A stretch of 49,540 nt of DNA from a virus. Its lineage: Duplodnaviria > Caudoviricetes. Positions within the stretch are counted from its first letter, which is position 1. Every line of letters begins with the position of its first letter. Under the pieces are notes generated by a model that was not told the origin of the DNA, did not search any database, and saw only the letters and a program-made list of their open reading frames with translations. The position numbers were made by a program, and so were the translations under genes. The stretch spans positions 1 through 49,540 of the IMG/VR virus record IMGVR_UViG_3300033406_000008; one strand, given 5' to 3'. Of this stretch, positions 45,005 to 49,540 are shown piece by piece.

Positions 45005-45160
45005 CAACTGATAAAACAGGCTCCCAGCCAACCCACTCAATATAGGTAGAAGTATGTCTTTATTGCCTATTGTCTGGCTGCTACCACATTTCCCACATTT
45101 GCCGCCTTCAGTGCTTTCCCAAAGACTAAACCGCTTACACTTGTTGCAATAAATCATCAT
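44984..45160 (-). CDS. 58-aa zinc-ribbon peptide with hydrophobic tail, not in the ORF track
   Basis: MMIYCNKCK..KCGKCGS..; AAGGAGG SD. Confidence 0.5.
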   Translation of the reverse strand: MMIYCNKCKRFSLWESTEGGKCGKCGSSQTIGNKDILLPILSGLAGSLFYQLLSRCFQ

Positions 45161-45194
45161 CTATTCCTCCTTCCGTACTTGGCCCGGGTGCCTA

Positions 45195-45332
45195 TTACTT
45201 TGCGTTCAGCAACGCTGCCATAGCGTGTGCCAGGTTCGCGGACTCGTCACTGCTGTTGCCTTCATTTTTGAGTTGCTTCAACAAAACTTCCACAGCTTCT
45301 TCGCGGATTGCGTACTCGCGCTTACTTTCCAT
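45195..45332 (-). CDS. 45-aa helical peptide after cro, not in the ORF track
   Basis: MESKREYAIREEAVEVLLKQLK...; starts 3 nt after the cro stop. Confidence 0.5.
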   Translation of the reverse strand: MESKREYAIREEAVEVLLKQLKNEGNSSDESANLAHAMAALLNAK

Positions 45333-45335
45333 CCC

Positions 45336-45563
45336 CTACACCACCTTTCTTTTTATGTGACTTTTTGTCACGCTATTGGGTAAAAAAATTTCGCCAATAT
45401 CCTTTTGCAAGAAGCTAGCAATGCGAATTGCAACTTGCAGAGAAGGTGATCGATGCCCCTTTTCAATATGCGCATAATATGATCTGTCAATCCCCGATGC
45501 GCTTGCAACGTCAGCCTGCGTTTTCCCTGCAAATTTTCTTGCCGCCAAAAGTTCATCACGCAT
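45336..45563 (-). CDS. cro: Cro-like XRE repressor
   Basis: TQADVASASGIDRSYYAHIEKG.RSPS; divergent from cI. Confidence 0.85.
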   Translation of the reverse strand: MRDELLAARKFAGKTQADVASASGIDRSYYAHIEKGHRSPSLQVAIRIASFLQKDIGEIFLPNSVTKSHIKRKVV

Positions 45564-45718
45564 ACTTAATCCTCCTTTCGTGTCTTTATGTCACTTATTA
45601 TAATAGTGTCAAATCGTCACGTCAATAGGTTTTTAAAAAAATATTTGTCTTATAGTCACATTTGTTGCGGGCGGCCACTCCAGATTGTATTCTATGCATA
45701 GAGGTGACGTATGGACAC
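45357..45718. promoter_or_regulatory. Genetic switch: five 15-bp operator-like sites GTG(A/T)C-N5-GTCAC and divergent promoters
   Basis: Sites at 45357, 45580, 45606, 45645 (TTGTC variant) and 45704 (inverted); lytic promoter TTGACG-N17-TATAAT (minus, 45625-45597); cI promoter TTGCGG-N17-TATTCT (plus, 45665-45693). Confidence 0.75.
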
Positions 45719-46097
45719 GACAGGAAACCGAATTCGGGCACTACGTAAAAAAGCAGGATTAACTCAGCTGGAACTTGCAAAACATTTTGATGTTGATAGA
45801 TCTACCGTTGCCTCGTGGGAAGTAAACCGGCGTGAGCCAGACTTTGATACTCTTGTGGTTCTCGCGAACCTATTCAACGTCCCTACCGACTACCTGCTCG
45901 GTCGCGTCGATAACCCAACAGACGAACTTGTTCCCAAACGCCCAGCCAGTCCCGGAGATTTTCATGGCGAGAATATCGGCGATCCTATAATGGACGAAAT
46001 TACCGATAATCTAAAGCTAATGACTCCGGACGAAAGAGAAACATTTCTCAGGCTTACGAAGTCGGTCGTAAATCGCAAGACTGAAGATGTTGGGTAA
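45711..46097 (+). CDS. cI: CI-like XRE repressor without a peptidase domain
   Basis: RIRALRKKAGLTQLELA...VDRSTVASWE.NRREP..DYLLGR. Confidence 0.85.
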   Translation: MDTTGNRIRALRKKAGLTQLELAKHFDVDRSTVASWEVNRREPDFDTLVVLANLFNVPTDYLLGRVDNPTDELVPKRPASPGDFHGENIGDPIMDEITDNLKLMTPDERETFLRLTKSVVNRKTEDVG

Positions 46098-46271
46098 GTT
46101 GCCGGGACAGGATTCTTGCGATGATGTTCCGGCGAATGAGACGAAAGCATGTAAAATAAAACCGTACTCATCCGCTGCCAGGCGGCGGGTACGGTCATTA
46201 TTATTTTAAGTATAATTCATGATAAAATTGTTGGAGTACGACAAGTCATTTTTTCGGGGGTGGTAATTTCA

Positions 46272-47141
46272 ATGAACTTTTGCACAAATAACTTTTGCAC
46301 AAAGTGCGGAAAAGAGTTGTTCCCTGGAAACGGTTTTTGCGGAAATTGCGGACATCCTCGCGGGGGAAATGTGCTGCCGCAGAGTCAACACTGGCAACCT
46401 GTGCTTCCGCCGAAACACATAAGCTGGCGAAGACGAGTTTTCACTGTCTCGGCATATCTATATGTGATTTTTCTTGTCTGGAGTTGCGCTGGAGAACAAT
46501 CAGATAAAAAAACATACACTACCGAACCAGCAGTAAGACAACAGGAGGTTCAGGTTCCTGTTAGCGTACCCGCTGGGACAAAAGCTACAACCGACTCACC
46601 AAAACGACAAAGCATTTTACATAAAATGATACATGGAGATTCGTCAAACGAAGAACAACGACTATATTACGACATTGAAAATTTTTCATCTTCACAAGAA
46701 ATAACAAACGTAGAAGAATTCAAGGATAAGTTAGATGATTTTTTGAGGAGTAATTTTGCTGATGGTCGCACTTTTATTGATAAATCGTCTAATACACCAG
46801 GGAAATATTTGGTGTCCTTCAACATAGAAACTGACAAGATGTCTTTGGTAGATGCAAAAAAAACCGCAAGGACGATTGTTTATTCGACGTACTATCTTGC
46901 GAAAAAGTTTGAACAGCCAATTATTTACGCTGGGTCTATGATTGATGTCAATGGGAAGCGTTTTTTAACTGTCGGCGTTGGATCAAACGTTGCCAATAAA
47001 GCCCGTGACGGAGCTTGGTCAAATAAGCCGTTGACTTCCAGCGAGTTTGTTACATTGGCCAAAAACAATATCGAAATGGCAGTGTCAAACGATGGAAAAA
47101 CCACTATGGCTGATCGATGCGTTTACCGAGATAATTATTGA
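46272..47141 (+). CDS. Zinc-ribbon + TM + extracytoplasmic domain protein
   Basis: FCTKCG..FCGNCG, TM segment VSAYLYVIFLVWSC. Confidence 0.7.
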   Translation: MNFCTNNFCTKCGKELFPGNGFCGNCGHPRGGNVLPQSQHWQPVLPPKHISWRRRVFTVSAYLYVIFLVWSCAGEQSDKKTYTTEPAVRQQEVQVPVSVPAGTKATTDSPKRQSILHKMIHGDSSNEEQRLYYDIENFSSSQEITNVEEFKDKLDDFLRSNFADGRTFIDKSSNTPGKYLVSFNIETDKMSLVDAKKTARTIVYSTYYLAKKFEQPIIYAGSMIDVNGKRFLTVGVGSNVANKARDGAWSNKPLTSSEFVTLAKNNIEMAVSNDGKTTMADRCVYRDNY

Positions 47142-47171
47142 AATTGCTCTAAGATTGCTTGGAGGTGTCAC

Positions 47172-47615
47172 GTGAAATATAAAGTCGGCGATTTCCCGGA
47201 ACACACGACAATAAATTGTGAAGAACTTGTTTGGGGGTGGGGAAAATCAAAATGCCTTAAAATAAAGGACCATGTAATGTCGGTTGAGCTTATAACCGAG
47301 GAAAATAAGCATAGCATAATGGGAAAAGCCGGTTGGGGTGCACTCGGAGCAATTGCCCTTGGCCCACTGGGACTTCTTGCTGGCGTACTTGGAGGCGGAC
47401 ACAGCAAAGAGATTTGCGTCGCATGTAAATTCGACGATGGACGCACGCTCATGGCTACCATTTCATCGTCCGAGTACCAAGACTTACTAAAGTATTGCTT
47501 TAATAATAAAAAGAACTTGGTGCAACGGACCGCAACAGGATTTTGTATCCAATGCGGCTCCCCCCGACTACCCGACACACAGTTTTGTGGGAAATGCGGC
47601 ACGAGATTTGGATAA
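47172..47615 (+). CDS. Glycine-zipper membrane protein with C-terminal zinc ribbon
   Basis: GWGALGAIALGPLGLLAGVLGG; FCIQCG..FCGKCG; GGAGGTG SD. Confidence 0.7.
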   Translation: MKYKVGDFPEHTTINCEELVWGWGKSKCLKIKDHVMSVELITEENKHSIMGKAGWGALGAIALGPLGLLAGVLGGGHSKEICVACKFDDGRTLMATISSSEYQDLLKYCFNNKKNLVQRTATGFCIQCGSPRLPDTQFCGKCGTRFG

Positions 47616-47638
47616 TATTTTAGCGGGGAGGTAATCAA

Positions 47639-48040
47639 ATGTTTTGTCAAAAATGCGGATCCCAAAATCAAGAATCAAACCAGTTTTGTTCCGGGTGTGG
47701 TCAATCCCTAAATGGACTCGCTATTAATCCACCAACGTTACCCTCACAGTATTCCGCCCCACAACCATACAACCCATACCCGCCCCCTCCCCATATGGCA
47801 GCTGGCCCAGCCTACTATGTTTCTTTAACGTCAAACAAAAGCAAAATTACAGCTATTATATTATGTTTATTAGGCATCGTAGGGATTGCAGGGGTTCATC
47901 GGATTTACGTCGGAAAAGTTTTCACGGGAATATTATGGTTACTCACATTTGGTTTGCTAGGACTCGGAACATTGATAGACCTAATTCAACTTGCGCTTGG
48001 AAATTTCACTGACAATGTCAATCAGCCGTTGCGAAAATAA
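47639..48040 (+). CDS. TM2-domain protein with N-terminal zinc ribbon
   Basis: MFCQKCG..FCSGCG; KSK..A..LC..G..G.HRIYVGK..G..W..T.G..G.G..ID. Confidence 0.85.
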   Translation: MFCQKCGSQNQESNQFCSGCGQSLNGLAINPPTLPSQYSAPQPYNPYPPPPHMAAGPAYYVSLTSNKSKITAIILCLLGIVGIAGVHRIYVGKVFTGILWLLTFGLLGLGTLIDLIQLALGNFTDNVNQPLRK

Positions 48041-48074
48041 TCGTTTATCTGCATATGTTCCGGAAGGAGTGTCT

Positions 48075-49322
48075 ATGTCAATACAGGAGAAAAACGGAAT
48101 CTATTATGTGGTAGTGTACTATCGCGACGATATGGAAAAAAAGAGAAATAAATGGATTAAAGTCGGCCCGTCGATCAAGGAGGCGGAGAAAAAGGAACGA
48201 TCTCTACGCGCAGATATTGACCGTGGAGATGCTACTTTTGCTGACAAAATCACCGTGGAAAAATACCTGAAACAATGGCTGGACACGGTAGTAAAGCCAA
48301 GCAACAGAAACTCTACATACAACAACTATCTGGTGCAGATCAACAATATTTCTAAAACGATCGGAAAAATTGAGCTGGCAAAACTCCGGGCGCCGCAGAT
48401 CCAGGCTCACTATAACAGCGAACTGCGCAGGGGACTAAAGCCAACATCCGTCCGGCTCCAGCACTCTGTCTTAAAAATGGCGCTGGAAAAAGCTGTTGAG
48501 TGGCAGTTGATTACAAAAAACCCTTGCAAATATACCGAGCCGCCACAAAAAAACAAGCCCAAGAACGCCGCATACGTCCCTGAGCACGTCGAGATCATGT
48601 TGGAGATATCCAAGGACACCGAAATGGAAATACCCATCACCCTGGGTTTTTTATGCGGTCTACGGCGCGGAGAAATTTGCGGGCTCCGCTGGTCGGATGT
48701 CTTCCTCGATGACAACTACGCGTGGATCAGGCACAGCCTGGACAGAATGGGAAAAAAAGAAGCAGAACGTCTCTTTGAAAAAGGAGATGTTGTGTGGTTT
48801 GGCGCTGACAGTAATAAAAAAAGTACCGTTCTTGCCCTTGGACCGGTAAAGACGGAGGAAAGCGCCAGCGACATTCCGCTGCCGGCAATGGTTGTACAAA
48901 CACTGCGACGAGAATTAGAACGGCAGGAAACAAACAAAAGCAGTTTCAGTATCACCTATAAAGATACCGGGTTTGTTTGGTGCTGGTCAGACGGACGGCC
49001 TCATGATCCGGACTATTTGTATAATGCTTTTAAAAAAGCAATCGCATCCTATAATAAAAAAATCGATGAAGATAAAGATATCCCAGACGATGAGAAGGAT
49101 GCTGCCAAACTGCCCGACATTCGGCCCCATGACATGCGGCACACAGCAGCGACACTTTTGATGGAATCCGGTATCGACACGAAAATTGTCAGCCGATCAC
49201 TGCGCCACAGCAGGGCTTCATTTACCGGAGATTATTATCAGCACGTTCGCCGCAAAACATCAATGATATCAGCAGATGCAATGGATGACAGATTTGGAGA
49301 TACGAAAAAGCCCGAAAAATAA
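48075..49322 (+). CDS. int: Tyrosine integrase
   Basis: GLRRGEICGLRW (R), VKT (K), HDMRH (HxxR), LRHS, YYQH (Y); adjacent to att. Confidence 0.96.
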   Translation: MSIQEKNGIYYVVVYYRDDMEKKRNKWIKVGPSIKEAEKKERSLRADIDRGDATFADKITVEKYLKQWLDTVVKPSNRNSTYNNYLVQINNISKTIGKIELAKLRAPQIQAHYNSELRRGLKPTSVRLQHSVLKMALEKAVEWQLITKNPCKYTEPPQKNKPKNAAYVPEHVEIMLEISKDTEMEIPITLGFLCGLRRGEICGLRWSDVFLDDNYAWIRHSLDRMGKKEAERLFEKGDVVWFGADSNKKSTVLALGPVKTEESASDIPLPAMVVQTLRRELERQETNKSSFSITYKDTGFVWCWSDGRPHDPDYLYNAFKKAIASYNKKIDEDKDIPDDEKDAAKLPDIRPHDMRHTAATLLMESGIDTKIVSRSLRHSRASFTGDYYQHVRRKTSMISADAMDDRFGDTKKPEK

Positions 49323-49337
49323 GGGTTTTAAAAACGG

Positions 49338-49359
49338 GATTAGAAAACAGATTAGAAAA
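49338..49359. promoter_or_regulatory. Putative integrase arm-type binding sites
   Basis: GATTAGAAAA twice with 12-bp spacing, matching the left-end sites. Confidence 0.7.
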
Positions 49360-49387
49360 GGCTTCCGGGAAAAATCCCGGAAGCCTT
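49356..49387. terminator. Phage-supplied terminator between int and the restored tRNA (probably bidirectional)
   Basis: AAGGCTTCCGGGA-AAAA-TCCCGGAAGCCTT 13-bp stem. Confidence 0.75.
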
Positions 49388-49394
49388 GATTTTA

Positions 49395-49471
<77 letters not shown>

Positions 49472-49489
49472 ACGTTACCGACGAATGTT

Positions 49490-49519
49490 ATTATAGCGCA
49501 GGAGAAATGTGCCTGTCAA
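49490..49519 (-). promoter_or_regulatory. Host tRNA promoter
   Basis: TTGACA-N18-TATAAT upstream of the tRNA 5' end. Confidence 0.85.
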
Positions 49520-49540
49520 TAGTTAAACAATCAATAAAAC

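Noticed and set aside
45962-46198. Minus-strand 78-aa ORF overlapping the cI 3' end
   Set aside because: No clear SD or motif; overlaps cI and the hairpin region
47991-48074. Longer integrase start at 47991
   Set aside because: It overlaps the TM2 gene; the ATG at 48075 has an AAGGAG SD

Overview
The window is one apparently complete temperate phage (prophage) of about 49.3 kb, integrated in the 3' half of a tRNA-Ala(GGC) gene. It is bounded by a 47-bp direct repeat (81-127 and 49395-49441), and the intact tRNA lies at 49396-49471 on the minus strand. Reading from the right end: tyrosine integrase, three zinc-ribbon/membrane accessory genes, a cI/cro switch with five 15-bp operator-like sites, and an early minus-strand operon (xis, CII-like HTH, putative annealing protein, SbcD/SbcC, HNH, DnaD-type initiator with iterons, DnaC, RusA). 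These are followed by a late promoter-terminator unit, packaging and head genes, a contractile (myovirus) tail with a -1 frameshifted chaperone, an extended lysis module with two endolysins, and a terminal IbrA/IbrB-like (PAPS-reductase + ParB/Srx) module. Firmicute-type promoters, Shine-Dalgarno (SD) sites and DnaD, together with lipoprotein/spanin-like genes, suggest a diderm Firmicute (Negativicutes) host; this is inference. The most unusual signals are non-coding: (i) a ~150-nt element upstream of the replication genes with two hairpins whose loops are 13-nt complementary and which can refold as one rod; (ii) a promoter-driven three-way-junction RNA whose loop is complementary to two downstream sites, one on the SD of an inserted DUF559 endonuclease; (iii) an OOP-like antisense RNA against the CII-like gene; (iv) a shared 13-nt motif after the late-operon terminators. 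All family assignments come from reading motifs and gene order by eye; no searches or folding programs were run.
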